A DNA stretch of 63,694 nucleotides, the filler included, from Hyphochytrium catenoides (lineage: Eukaryota > Protista > Hyphochytriomycota): the NCBI GenBank assembly GCA_900088475.1. It is 7 parts of 7 records of this genome, joined end to end, with 100 filler letters (N's around TTAATTAATTAA, not from the genome) between each part and the next. Parts side by side here need not be neighbours in the genome. Positions count along the whole stretch, not along the records: positions 19,196 to 42,267 come from FLMG01003857.1; positions 42,368 to 50,956 come from FLMG01001631.1; 5 more parts are not named here. The stretch is one strand, 5' to 3'. This document shows, in pieces, positions 38,287 through 50,656 of this stretch (position 1 is its first letter; each line of letters begins with the position of its first letter). The notes beneath the pieces were generated by a model. It did no database searches. It was not told where the DNA came from and saw only the letters and a program-made list of their open reading frames with translations. The translations under genes and the position numbers were made by a program.

Positions 38287-40660
38287 ATGGAAAGTATGGT
38301 TCTTCCTAGAGGATGCTTTAGGTCTCTAAGTGGGAAGAAGAGGCGTCTTCAATCAGCAAGTTGTGTCCTCCCCCGTGGACTGACGAGGAATGGACACTCT
38401 TCAAGTTCTTATAGAGGCAAAAAAGTCCACTTCTTCGGGATTGGAAGCAACATGTTTGGACAACTGGGACTTGGAAAGGAGAAAAGCTTACCAACGCCAA
38501 CAGGTGAGCACTATGTACTCTCTTAACTCATTCACTTCGCCATGCTCAAAGGACTGTCTCAGAGATCAAACAACTTCAAACGCCGAACATCCGGCTGGTA
38601 GCGGCAGGACTCTTCCATAGTCTTGTTGCGCTTGGTAAGTCACCTATCAACATCTCCATCTCGCGCTCAGGGCTTAAGGCGTTAGCAGGTGATGGCACTA
38701 TTTTGGCTGCCGGCAAAGGTGGAGGTGGTCGACTTGGTAACGGGAGCGAAGACTTGTGCGAGACCTTTGCATCAGCGTTTCGGGTGGAGCTTAAAAGAAC
38801 AACCATTCGACAGATCGCCTGTGGAGGATTTCACAGCGCGGTATTGCTAGGTGCTCGCATTGCTTTCTCCTCCTATTCTTTGGTCCGATTTAAAGCTGCC
38901 ACGCTCTTTCTGCGTGTGGGGGTTCCTGCTGCTATCGAAAGTATCTCTCATACGATGATCCTCTCTTTCCTCTCTCGATTTCGGTTTCCTAATCTTTCGC
39001 GGTGCAACTCTTTACTCCTATCTCCGACTGTCTAGCACCCAGCAAGTATCCTTTCTTTGTCTGCTTCTTCTTTTTCCAGCCAATAGCTGCATCGGTATCA
39101 CTCATTCCACATCTTACACGTGCCTAGACAACGGAAAGCTGCTCACCTGGGGCTTTAATGGTCATGGGCAGGTAACTCAAAGCTTAAGCAACCCTCTCCT
39201 TGCTAATCTTGGACTAACCTCAAGTTTGATGGGCAATAGTTAGGCCAAGGCCCCAAAGAACGGGAGATGCGACCCCAGCTCGTTGAGACGCTGCATCCTC
39301 GTGGCATTGGCTGTCAGATAGATGGAAAAGTGGTCCATGTGGACCTAGGAGGCGTGCACTCCATAGCCATAACAGGTACAATTGACACGAATAGTCTCCT
39401 AGAGATCACGTAGTAAACTAAATTGCTTTGGCAGAGCGCGGCAGAGCCTATACTTGGGGAAGGTAATCGTACTCCTCGTCGTAAGGGAAGTCAAGTAGTC
39501 ACTTCCTCAGTATTTTGTATCTTTAGGGCCGAGGATGGTTGCTTAGGTCGAACAATAACGGACGGAAAGACGGTGAGGGCGGTCATGGTGCACTTTCATG
39601 CGGTTGATCTGCTGACGTTACATTCAGAGGAGCCCCTTCCCTGTCATGGTGAATGCGCTTGCAGACGTTAAGCTAACGACAGCGTCATTAGGAGCTTACT
39701 TTAGTCTGGCGCTGGCAGGTGACGTCTTTTTGCCTTTATCGCCATATTTCTGACTGGCCTAAGCTTGCTCCTCACATTTGCCCCTCACATTACGATCTCC
39801 TCTGGCCTGGCGCTTCTGTCAGCAGATGACGGATCGATATACGCCTGGGGAAAGGGCTCTCAAGGTGGGTCCATTATGTGGCATGAACCATACCATACAG
39901 CTACCCTCCTTAGTCCCTAATACTGCTGTGTCTGGCCAATTGCCTCACAGGAGAACTAGGGACTGGCAAGATCGTCAATCTTCCGCGACCGACCCAGATT
40001 TCGAAACTCAAAGGAGAGAACATTGTGCAGGTGGAGAAGAAGTGGAAGAGAAAGTGACATGACTTTGGTTCTCTTATTTCTTACGGATAAAGGTCCTGCC
40101 CCTGTAGATTGCATGTGGCGGCTTTCATGCTCTCGCATTGTCGAAGACAGGAACCGTATACTCTTGGGGAAACAACACCTATGGACAGGTAGGTGTATCC
40201 TGTTACTTGGCAATCGATATCTTTCACGTCCTCGATCTAGCCATCTCCTCACCCACTCTAGCTATCTCCTTATCCGTTGCTAACGAACCGGTCTTGGTAG
40301 CTTGGGATCAAAGGGTCAGGGAATGAGCTACGACCACGGGCCATTCTTTTCTTAGAGGCTGAGGATAGGAGGGTAGTGAAAATAGCGTCAGGCAGCTCCC
40401 ATTCTGCCGCTATCACTGGTAGGTAACTAGACTTCCATCGCTTAGTCCGGCCTTTCCTCACCTTTTTTGGCACTGCAGACAGCGGTGAGCTGTACATGTG
40501 GGGCAATAATGCAGAGTGGCAGCTAGGCAAGGAGCTACCCAAACAGGTGTTTGAACCAAGCAAGGTCCCTCTGCCGGGTTACAAGGTGCTTGATGTGTTC
40601 TGTGGAACTGCTCATACCATTATAGTCGCTGAACGCGATCGCAACTTCTCAGCGCCTTAG
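38287..40660 (+). CDS. RCC1-repeat beta-propeller protein with a basic, Ser-rich N-terminal extension (possibly organelle-targeted), about 13 exons
   Basis: Repeats such as GSNMFGQLGLG, VAAGLFHSL, IACGGFHSA, WGFNGHGQ|LG, WGKGSQG|ELG, WGNNTYGQ|LG, WGNNAEWQLG and FCGTAHT. All introns are GT-AG and phase-compatible. TAG at 40658-40660. Confidence 0.9.
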
Positions 40661-41541
40661 CTATTGAAACTTGAGTCTTTTCTTTCCTTATTATATTTAT
40701 TCTTCTATGTGTGCCCAAACATCGCGCCCTTTGTTTACGTCACGGCTGAGCTTCTGACTTCGATAGCGAAGAAGATAAAACGCTCAATAACAATAGTCGC
40801 AACGAAGGAAATACGCGAGAAGTTAACTCTTTTACTGTGTGTGAGCTTGTGTGGCCGTCCCATGTCTTTCAAGAAACGGACTTGAGAGACGTAGGGTAGA
40901 AGAGAGTGGGTCCCTCATAGAAAGCGACAGAGCCTTGATCAACTCGGCTGAGCATGATGATGGCGTTGAATATGGCGAAGTATGGCGACAGGAGTTACCT
41001 TTATGCGCACAACAAGAGGTAACAGCTGATGAGGGTGAACCCATCCAACGGCACGCAGGGACATCACAAGAAGATATCACCTTGATCTTTTCCATGTTGC
41101 CCTCTTATCACCTCTTCTTCCTCTCGACGTGTCCCACACTCTCTTCCTTTCTTTCTTCCTTGGTCTCTCAACTCTCCTGCCACGAACATCCCTTGGGTTA
41201 CCTGCCCATCGTGTCTCTTCCCCCTCGGCTGCTGCACTATCATCACATTCTTTCCCGTCCGTGGGATACTGAACCATAACTGCGCCCATCAGCGGACAGA
41301 GGAGCCGACACCGGCGGCCATTCTCCTAGGCCGTTATGGTAACACTAGCCGGTAACGGCCCTATCTAAGATAGATGCAATGCCTAAGATTTTGAATGTCG
41401 TTATGAGTACGGCGTAGGATTAGGAGTCATAGAGCCACGCACTGTAATGTAAGGTGGTCTGGGGCGGTTAAGGATATGATCATTGAAGAGAGGGTGATTC
41501 TGCGTCCTTTTGTGTTGGATGGTNNNNNNNNNNNNNNNNNN

Positions 41542-41573
<32 letters not shown>

Positions 41574-41766
41574 GTCTCTCCCGCCCTAGCTGGTCTGTCA
41601 TTGTCGCACTCTCTCTCTCTCTCCCGTCCGGCCTCTCTCCCCTTTTCTATCTCCGTACCTCAACACTTCGTTCGTCGACATCTCCTCATCTTTTCTCTCC
41701 TTTCGATTCTTTTCCCCTCCCCCATCATCTGACAGAGCAATCCATCTATCTCTCTTCCTCTCCAAG

Positions 41767-42058
41767 TCACTTGCTATAGAACAGTGCTTGCTCTCCCCCC
41801 GCACTCTCCGGAAGCTTCGTCTCTGTCCTGTCAACCACAGTGGCTGGCGTGACTGAGCCAGGTGGGGAGAGAGAAAGGAAAGAAGGTAGAGAGAAGAAGA
41901 GAAAGAGGGCACGGGCTAGGGCTTGCCTTTCTCAAGACTTCTGAGGTGCAAGCTCCTGGCTATCAGAAGCTCAGTTAACGCTTTTCCTCTAGCCTTCCAA
42001 GCCTGCTTGTGCAGCACATTGACCTCTGAGATCTCCACATCATCGGACGGTAATATGT
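41767..42058 (-). CDS. Last two exons of an unidentified gene whose 5' part is lost at the scaffold end; GC-AG intron
   Basis: Exon 42058-41927 (ILPSDDVEISEVNVLHKQAWKARGKALTELLIARSLHLRSLEK) and exon 41852-41767 (VTPATVVDRTETKLPESAGGEQALFYSK*) are joined in phase by AAG|gcaagc...ctcag. Confidence 0.5.
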
Positions 42059-42215
42059 CTGAAGCAGACACTCAGACGAAGCCGCGCCGCGGCAAGAGGT
42101 AAACTACCCTTTCGCTCTTTCATATGAGTGAGCAGACAGAGGGCCGAAAGCGAGTTAGACAGGCCAGTGACATTATAATAGGGGTAATGCAGAGGGACTG
42201 TAAGAGAGAAGGAGT

Positions 42216-42262
<47 letters not shown>

Positions 42263-42738
42263 AGAGGNNNNNNNNNNNNNNNNNNNNNNNNNNNNNNNNN
42301 NNNNNNNNNNNTTAATTAATTAANNNNNNNNNNNNNNNNNNNNNNNNNNNNNNNNNNNNNNNNNNNNCGTGCTCTGTCCGAAGCTCATCTCTTCTTCTCA
42401 GCAGCCAAATGATAGACGACACACAGTGGGCACGGGGGCTGGCCAGGGACGGAGAATCCGGAGAGAGAGAGACGCAAGAGACACAGAGAGAGAGAGAGAG
42501 AGAGACCGTAGAGACGGAGAGAGAGAACGCGGCAGAGAGAGAACGCGATAGAGAGAGTACGCCGTAGAGAGAGAACGCGGTAGAGAGAGGAAAGGCGTTT
42601 TGAAGGGAGAGGAAGTGGAGAAAGGAAATGAAGAGAGAGAAAGACATCAGAAATGGTGACTTCTAATGAGTAGACAAGAATCACAACCTTTGGTACGGCG
42701 TGATAGCTGAAAGCTCCTCCCATGCACAGAGAGAGGGA

Positions 42739-42790
<52 letters not shown>

Positions 42791-43035
42791 AGAGAGAATG
42801 AAAGAGAGAACAAAGCTGCAACAAACGAGGGGGAAACGAGAGCGGCTAACCTCTCTTATTTTGGTGGAAACCTACTCATTTATTTCATAGAGAGAAAAGG
42901 CTTTGTTAGCCTACCTTCAGACGTTTTCAAAGGTAGTTTGTTTCATTCAGTGAAACATTCAGATTAGTTTCGGGTAATGAGGTACCCGTTGGAGTTTGAA
43001 TTTGATGATGGAAGAAGAACAGAATGGCCTGGCTG

Positions 43036-43229
43036 GCAGAAGAGAGAGAGAGAAGAGAGAGACAGAGAGACAGAGAGACAGAGAGACAGAGACAGAGAGA
43101 GACAGAGAGAGTGAGAGAGAGACAGAGAGAGAGAGAGAGAGAAAGAGAAAGAGAGAGAACGAGAAAGAGAGAGAAAGAGAGAGAACGAGAGAGAGAGACA
43201 GAAAGAGAAAGAGCGAGAGAGAAAGAGAA

Positions 43230-43260
<31 letters not shown>

Positions 43261-43263
43261 CAA

Positions 43264-43307
<44 letters not shown>

Positions 43308-43615
43308 AAGAGNNNNNNNNNNNNNNNNNNNNNNNNNNNNNNNNNNNNNNNNNNNNNNNGCCCAAGCGCTGTTCGCGATTTCTGCTCTCAGTCTCTTATT
43401 CCCTCTTTTCCTTGTCTCTCTCTCTTCCGGTCTCTCTGTCGCTCTTTCTCTCTTCCCTTGTACAACCTGTCATCTCTCTCTCTCTCTCCCCGCGATTCCG
43501 GGCCATCACATCTCATCTGGCAGCCAGTGCCATAGATTCTACTCTGCGAGATTCATCTCTCCTGTCTCTTTTTCTCTCTCTCTTTGTCTCTTATCAAGCT
43601 CTCTCTCTCTCTCTG

Positions 43616-43646
<31 letters not shown>

Positions 43647-43660
43647 GTCTCTCTCTCAAT
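43036..43660. repeat. Long imperfect (GA)n tract followed, across a gap, by (TC)n tracts upstream of the TOG gene. Representative of the microsatellite saturation of 41.5-62 kb
   Basis: Directly visible. Other long runs include 42725-42790, 43820-43858 and 57826-57885. Confidence 0.95.
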
Positions 43661-43669
43661 ATCTCAGAC

Positions 43670-43814
43670 ATGGCTAGTCTTCCGTACACTCCTCCGCTCA
43701 CGCGCTCTCGGGCGGCGCTCTTCAGAGACAAAAGGTCACTTCTTGTCTCTCCTCTGGTAGGTTATCAGATGCACGAGAGGAGAAAAGACAACAGGGAAAG
43801 AGTGAGGGCGGAAA

Positions 43815-43863
<49 letters not shown>

Positions 43864-44599
43864 ATCGGCAAAATGCCATGAGTGAACGAAGGGAAAAACC
43901 TAAAAACCAAAGAGAAGGAGAGACAAGGAGAGAGAGGGAGAGCAAAAGTGGAAGGATAAATGCAACAAGGACAAGGACAAAGAGAGGGAGAGAGAATGCG
44001 AAAGAGAAAGAGGGCGTCTTTAATCGTTTCTCTTTCTTTGTCTTCCTCTTCAGAAGTCAGAGCCCCGCCGTCGCCGTTCAGGGCAAAGGGCTACCCCGAA
44101 AGAGAGTGAGAATAAGAATCCGAACTCTGCTAGGGGAGAAAGAGAGAACAAGAGAGAGAAAAGAGGAGAACCTGCTGCTACTCTCTCTCTCTCTTCTCCA
44201 TCCTCTCCGACCAGGAAAAGCTCTCCTTTAAGGCCAAAGAAGAAGCCAAGAGGCGCACTCACATCCTCACCTTCCTCTTCTTCTCTGAAAGGTGCTAAGG
44301 CAAGTGCAGCGTCTTTCCTCTCTCTTTTTTCTCTCTTAACTCACTCTCGTCGTTCCTCTCTCTCTTCCTTTCTTTTCTTTCTCTTTCTCTCTCTTTGACT
44401 GTCTTTCTGCAGAGGGCCAAAACTTCATCCAAGAAGCCTTCTGTATATGAAAGCGAAAAGAATGTGGGAGAGAAAGAGAGAAGAGAAGAGAGAGACAGTG
44501 GAGCTCCCGAGGGACAGCTCTTTGAGGTGACTGTCCTTTCTTCCTCTGAGATCGAGCGTTTGGAAGATCCGGCAGCGGCTCTTGAGGTGTGTGAAGTTT

Positions 44600-44634
<35 letters not shown>

Positions 44635-45931
44635 GACAAATTTTGCTAGAGAGCATGTCTCTCTCTCCCTCACCTTCTCTGTCTCTCTCTCACCTTCGCG
44701 TTCTCCTTTGCGCGCCCGGAAAGGAGCTTGAAGTTAAGAACATCGAGAGGTGTCTAAATGTCGCCCTCTCTCTCTCTCTCTTCTCCTATTACAGACTGTG
44801 CTGGGAGTCATAGAGAAAGATGTTCAAGAGTGGGAGCAACAATATCAGGCCGTTGACTCTCTCCGTGCCCTGGCCCTTCACCATCCGCTTACACTCCAAA
44901 ATGAACAGATGTAAGGAAGAATCCCTTTTCTCTCTCTCTCTCTCTTTCCTTCCTTTCCTTCTCTCCTCTTCAGTCACGTTTTCTCTCTATCCTCTGCTTG
45001 TCCACTTAGTGTGTCCACAACGCCCTCGTTTATGTCAATTACTCTTCTTGCCCCTTCCGGTTATTCAGTTTCTCTTTTCTCTTCCTTCTCTCTCACTCTC
45101 TCTCTCTCTCTCTTTATCCAGTGCTATGTTGCCATCGCTCCTGGTTCCCTGTGCGATGCATCTTCGCTCTGCCCTCAGCCGCAACGCTCTTCTCTGCTTC
45201 GGTGACCTCTTTCGTCATCTGGGAGAGAGAATGAAACCAACTATCGGTAGGATGTACCTCTCTATCACTCTATGTGTGTCTCTCCTTCTCAATTCTCCCC
45301 TTTCTCTCTCTCTCTCTCTCTGTCTCTCTCTGAAGGGGACGTGATTCCTGTGATTATCGGGCGCTTTGTCTCCGAGAAGAAGTTTCTGAAAGAAGCGGCA
45401 GGAGAGGCGCTGAAGGCAGCAGTTGCCGGCGCCCCGGGGAGAGAGCTCATGATTGCGCTTCTCTCCTTTCATAGTCATAAGAGCGCAGACGTAATGACAA
45501 TGGTACGCCCGGAGAGAGAGAGAGAGAGAGAGACAGAGAGAGAGAGATGGAAGGAGTTAGAGAAAAGTGGGCGATGCAATAAGCAGTCTGAAGAGAAGAA
45601 AAGAGTAAAAGAGAAGGACAGTAATAGCCAGATTTTGCACAAGGAACTAGACCTTCCTTGTAACGCTGTTCTTTCTCTCTCCGTCTCTCTCTTTCTCTCT
45701 CTCTCTCTCTTTGTCTCCCTTTCTCTCTCTCTCTTCGTGCAGGCATCAAAAGGAGTTGAACAGTGTTTTGCAAAGCTAACGTCAGGAGCCACTCCTGCAA
45801 GCGGGAAGATCTCTCTCTCTCTCCCTGAAGCTTTGCCTTCTCTCTCCTCGTTCCTGAAAGGAAAGAGCACGGAATGTAAAGCTGCCGCCAAGAGAGTTCT
45901 GCAGCGCTTCAGATTAATCATGGGGGTATGC

Positions 45932-45973
<42 letters not shown>

Positions 45974-46119
45974 GTGGGCCTTTCTCTCCCTCATCTCACT
46001 GGTTAATGTAGGACGTTGCATTCGAACGGGAAGCACGTGAGGTTCTGAGCGGGACGGACCTTGCTGATGTCATTACTGAGTCAAAGCCACAGAGAGGAGC
46101 AGTAGCGGTAAGAACAGGC

Positions 46120-46160
<41 letters not shown>

Positions 46161-46450
46161 ATCAAAAGGGAAGAATGCTTCTTCGTTGCCTATTCACGTG
46201 GGAGTGTTTCGAAAATCGTCCTGGACTTCTTGTTAGCTCTCTCCTCTTTCGCTATCTCTCCTTATAAATGCTCTTCGTCGCTGTTCTCTCTCTTCTCTTT
46301 TTCTCTCTCTCTCTCTCTCTCCCTCTCTCTCTCTCTCTCTAGGCCAAACCAAGCTTGAGTTTGAAGGAAAAGATAATGATGCAGAGGAAACAGATGCAGC
46401 AAGCCAAATCCACATCAGGAGGAGGCGGGGCCGTCCTTCTTGTCACTTGA
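43670..46450 (+). CDS. TOG / HEAT-repeat microtubule-binding protein (CLASP-N / TOGARAM-FAM179-like), 9 exons
   Basis: A disordered basic N-terminus is followed by SSEIERLEDPAAALE|TVL...EWEQQYQAVDSLRALALHHP...LRSALSRNALLCFGDLF...SEKKFLKEAAGEAL...HSHKS...ECKAAAKRVL. Intron 2 (44300-44412) is GC-AG and the rest are GT-AG. TGA at 46448-46450. Confidence 0.82.
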
Positions 46451-47373
46451 GACGCACCGTCTCTCTCTGTTCCCTTTGAAGTTCTGCTCTGCTTGTCTCT
46501 CTCTCTCTCTCTCTTCATCCTGTCTCTCCTTCCATACGCCCCTGAGTGTCTCTATTGAAAGAGAGAAAAGCTCCTCTCTTGCTCTCTCTTTCTCTCTTTA
46601 TTCCCTCTCTCTCTCTCTTCACTTCTCAATCTATTAAAGCGATGAGCTGAAGTGGTCTTCGCTACTGGAGAGAGAGAATTGGGGAGAGAGAAGACAGGAT
46701 GTGCAGTTGTTCAGGTGATCGAGGTGCATAATGAATAACGCTTTCATGGCAAGAGTTCAGCTTGGCATACACTCTCTCTCTCTCTCTCTTCGGTCTCTTC
46801 TCTCCATAAGGCCCATCAGAGCCAGATATCGCCTCTGTCTCTATCCTCCGTCACTGCACGAAGCGCAAGGGACGAAAGACTCGAAGAACCAGGAGAAAAA
46901 AAGAGAGAGAGAGAGAGAGAGAAATGCTGACGGTTGAGGACGGAGGAGATGACTCTTTGGCAAGAGAGAGGAGGAGGAGAGAGAGAGAGAGAGACGAAGG
47001 ACCAACAAGCTTTTCTCCTCAACCTCTGTCAAATTTATAAAAATTTTGCACATTAGTAAAGAATACTGACGCTTACCGAATATAAGATTTGTAAATGAGT
47101 GATATATTGTCATTTTTGCGAGAATCAACGCTTACATTCGGTTATTTTGCCTTATTTTGTGAAAGGAGCTGCCAAATCTTAGGATAGTTGACTTTTTGGT
47201 GATGGAGAAATAGGATTCTCCTTCGAAAGGGCACGGAAACGCATCACTGTGGCCTTCTCTCTCTCTGTCCCTCTCTCTCTCTCTCTCTTTCTCTCTCTNN
47301 NNNNNNNNNNNNNNNNNNNNNNNNNNNNNNNNNNNNNNNNNNNNNNNNNNNNNNNNNNNNNNNNNNNNNNNNN

Positions 47374-47405
<32 letters not shown>

Positions 47406-47511
47406 ACTAGTTTGCCTCCCCTCCAGCTGGGAGCCTCAAAGTTCTGATCATAGGCGTGTCGACCTCCGTATGGGAAGGATGGAGAAAGGGGGAAGGGAAC
47501 CCACTGAACAG

Positions 47512-48136
47512 AAGTGACGGAGGAGAGACAGAAATCAGGAGAGAGTCACCTCATAAGCACTTCAGCCGCGCAGGATGGGACTTCCGAGCAGGAAGGACCG
47601 GGCAAGTTAGAAGCACAGCAAGCGAAGACATCGAGAGAGAGAGAGAGAGAGAGAGNNNNNNNNNNNNNNNNNNNNNNNNNNNNNNNNNNNNNNNNNNNNN
47701 NGAGAGAGAGAGAGAGAGATGAGGTGGACTTAGGCCCTCAAAGTTCGGCCAGATGAGGTGGTGAGAGGATGAGTATCCGCCCTCAAGAAGGGGCTGAGGC
47801 TCAGGAAGAGAGAGAGACTGGCGGAGGAAAGAAAGAGAAGAGACTTTCTTTTCGCATCCCTCTTCTCTCTTCCTCTTCCAAGCCCATTCATCCTCTCGGG
47901 GAGCTTGGCAAGGAGGGAGAGAGAAAAGAGGATAGAAGTGAGAATGGTGGGGAGAGAACGAGGATAGCAGATAGTAGTGGGAAAGAGGAGAGAAAGAAAG
48001 AAGGACAAGGTAAGGAGGTTGTCCCACCCTTCTCTCTCTCAACTTGATCTTTACTCTAGTTTTCTCTCTTCACAGCTCTTCTTGCTTCTTTCCAGAGTAG
48101 TCCTTTGATCGAATCCCCTCCCCCCCCACCCCCCAC

Positions 48137-48168
<32 letters not shown>

Positions 48169-49394
48169 GACCTCTGTGTCTCTCTCTTCTTGTCTTTTAT
48201 TTTCTTCTCTTCTGTATCATTCTCTCTTTCATCTCCGCTCTCTCTCTCTCATCTCCGCTCTCTCTCTCTCTGTTCAAAGTCTGATCTCTCATCGTTTGCT
48301 CTTCTAACCAAACTTCTCCACCTCTCTCTCTCTCTCTCTCTCTCACTCTCTCTCTCTCTTTTTCTCTCGCTCTCTCTTTTCTCTCTCTCTCTCTTCTCTT
48401 TAAATCATCCCCCTCTTGCTCTCTCTCTCTCTGTTGCTCATTCTCCCTTCTCTCTTAGACCAAACACTGGCCTTCCGAGGTTCCCACGATGAAGAAAGAA
48501 ACTTCACGGCCCAGAAAGAAAGCGATTCTCTCTCTCCCCTATCTTCTCTCTCTCCCTTTTCTCCTCTTTCTCCAGGTGGTGGTAGGAGGAGGGATGGCAC
48601 TGAGGAAGAGGAGAAAGAGAAAGAAAGGAGTCCTCTCGTGCCGAGAGAGAGAGAGAAAGAGTTGGAGAGACAGAGAGACTATAGGGAAATTGTTAAGAGA
48701 AGAGAAGCTGAATTGCAGGCAAAGATGGAGCAATGGAGGGCCGTCGACTGTATGATCTTCTCTCTCCCTCTCTTTCTCTCTCTCTCCTCCCCCCTCTCTC
48801 TCTCTTTCTCTTCCTCCCTCTTTTTCTCTTGCCTCTCTACTATACTCTCTTTCTCTCTCTCTCTCTCTCTCTCACTTTCCTTTCGAATCGTTTACTCTTA
48901 TCTTTTCTCTGCTCTCTCTCTCTCTCTCTCTGTCTACTTCTCTGGCGATTCCTCTTTTCCATTCTTTCCTTGTGTCCTCTGCCTCCTCTCTTTGAGTCTA
49001 AGACTCATCTGTCGTATCTCCTTTGGTCTTCCTCTCTCTTTTCTTTCTCTGTCTCTGCGTATCCGCTCTCTCTTTCACTCTCTCTCTCTCTCTCTCACTC
49101 TCTCTCTCTTGAATTTCTCAGGTCCCGCTTGCCAGGAATATCGGGAGCGGCTGCATTGGTCTTTCTGTGGGCGCTGTGCAAAGGAGTTTCTCCTAGAAGA
49201 GAAACGAAAGAGAGGAAAGAGAGAGAGAAAAGAAGAGAGAGAAAGTGACAAACCAACCTTAGAACACGCGCAACCAAAGGAAAGTACAGAAGTGAAGAAG
49301 CCCGTAGCCCAGACAGAGAAAGAGAAAGGCAATGCGGGCACGGAGGAGGTCGCGATAGGAGAGAAAGACCATCTCCCGAAGGTGGACTGTGGCT

Positions 49395-49426
<32 letters not shown>

Positions 49427-50152
49427 GTACTTTCTTTGGCTTGAGACGCTCTTTCTATGGCATATGCTTGCTACGGTCCCTTGCCCCTCTCTCTCTTTCT
49501 CTCTCTCTCTTTCTCTCTCTCTCTGTCCCTCTCTCTCTTCCCTTCCCCCACCCTCTCTCTCTCTCTCTTCTTTTGTCTCTTGTCGGCCTAAGTCTTTCCT
49601 TCTCTCTCTCCTGCCTGACATTTACTTCCGTTCTGTTAGGAAGAGGAGAAGGAAAAAGCGAAGGGACAGAAGAAAGAGGAAAGCAATGGCTTTCAGGAAG
49701 AGAGGAAAAGAGACGAAGAAGAAAGTCAGAAAGTGGAACAGAAAGAAAAGGGCTACGAGCCATTGGTACTCTCTTCCACCTTCTCTCTCTCTCTCTCTCT
49801 CTCCCCTCCCGCATACGTTTACTCTGTTGCCTCCCTCTTTTCTTCTCTCTCTCTTTCTCTCCGTCCCTCTCTCCGTCTCGTTTTCTCTGGCGTTTTCTCT
49901 CTCCCGCTCTCTTTCTCTTTCCCGTGTGTCTATATTGCAGTGTCCGCCGTGCCATTCTCTGCTTCCTTGTTGACGGTCTTTCTCACCCTTCTCTCTCTTT
50001 CTCATTTCTTCATGTGTCTCTCTCTTCCTCAATGCGACTCCCACCTCATTTCGTCCTTGTGTCTCATGATTTAACAGGGAGCTCTCTCTCTCTCTCTTCC
50101 GCTTTCCCTCTTTCTGTCTCTCTTCTTACAGCGCCAAAACACTCCGTGACAT

Positions 50153-50183
<31 letters not shown>

Positions 50184-50656
50184 CCCCGTCTGCACAGATA
50201 AACAATGGAACACCAACTGAAAAAGAAGGAGAGACGAAGAGAGAGAAAGGAGAGAAAAAGAATGAGAGCACTTTCACATTGAAAGAGAAAAGCAGTGGGA
50301 AGAGCCCAACTAAAGGGGGAAAAGACAAGCATAGAAAGGAAGAGACAGGGAAAGAGGAAGGAAGAGAGAGAGAGAGAGAACTTCAACTCATGGAGAGAGA
50401 AGAGTTAGAATGCCGCCGTCGATGGCAAGCGGAAGATAGGGAAAGGGAGAGAAAAAGACGCGCAGAGGAAGAAGAGAAGAAAAGAGGGAGAGAATGCCTT
50501 CTTATGCGAGAGGAGGAAGAGCTTCTTCTCTCTCCCTTTCTCTCTCCTGCTCTTTCTCCCTTACTCTGTCAGGAATGTGGGAAGAAAGCAGGAGTAAAGC
50601 TCTGTCTCTCCTGTGACGAACATCTCTGTGAGAAGTGCCTGGAGCTTACTCATGAG
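47512..50656 (+). CDS. Partial gene: charged low-complexity protein with a CxxC...CxxC zinc ribbon and a B-box zinc finger; both ends lost in gaps
   Basis: Phase-compatible exons: one ending at 48009, then 48459-48749, 49122-49381, 49640-49765 and 50198-50656. They give DC|PACQEYRERLHWSFCGRC and CQECGKKAGVKLCLSCDEHLCEKCLELTH. Confidence 0.65.

Noticed and set aside
38287-40660. UVR8 photoreceptor
   Set aside because: It lacks the GWRHT tryptophan-triad motifs and the C-terminal VP motif. It is a generic RCC1-repeat protein.
20446-40660. Alternative genetic code or stop-codon reassignment suggested by fragmented ORFs
   Set aside because: Every conserved gene splices into a stop-free frame using canonical introns, and TAA, TAG and TGA are all used as real terminators.
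20446-46450. Introner-like (transposon-derived) repeated introns
   Set aside because: I saw no shared sequence, terminal inverted repeats or target-site duplications among the introns inspected.
48416-48475. Signal peptide MLSLSLLLILPSLL on the 342-aa ORF
   Set aside because: It is the translated (TC)n polypyrimidine tract of the intron ending at 48458, and the start is TTG.
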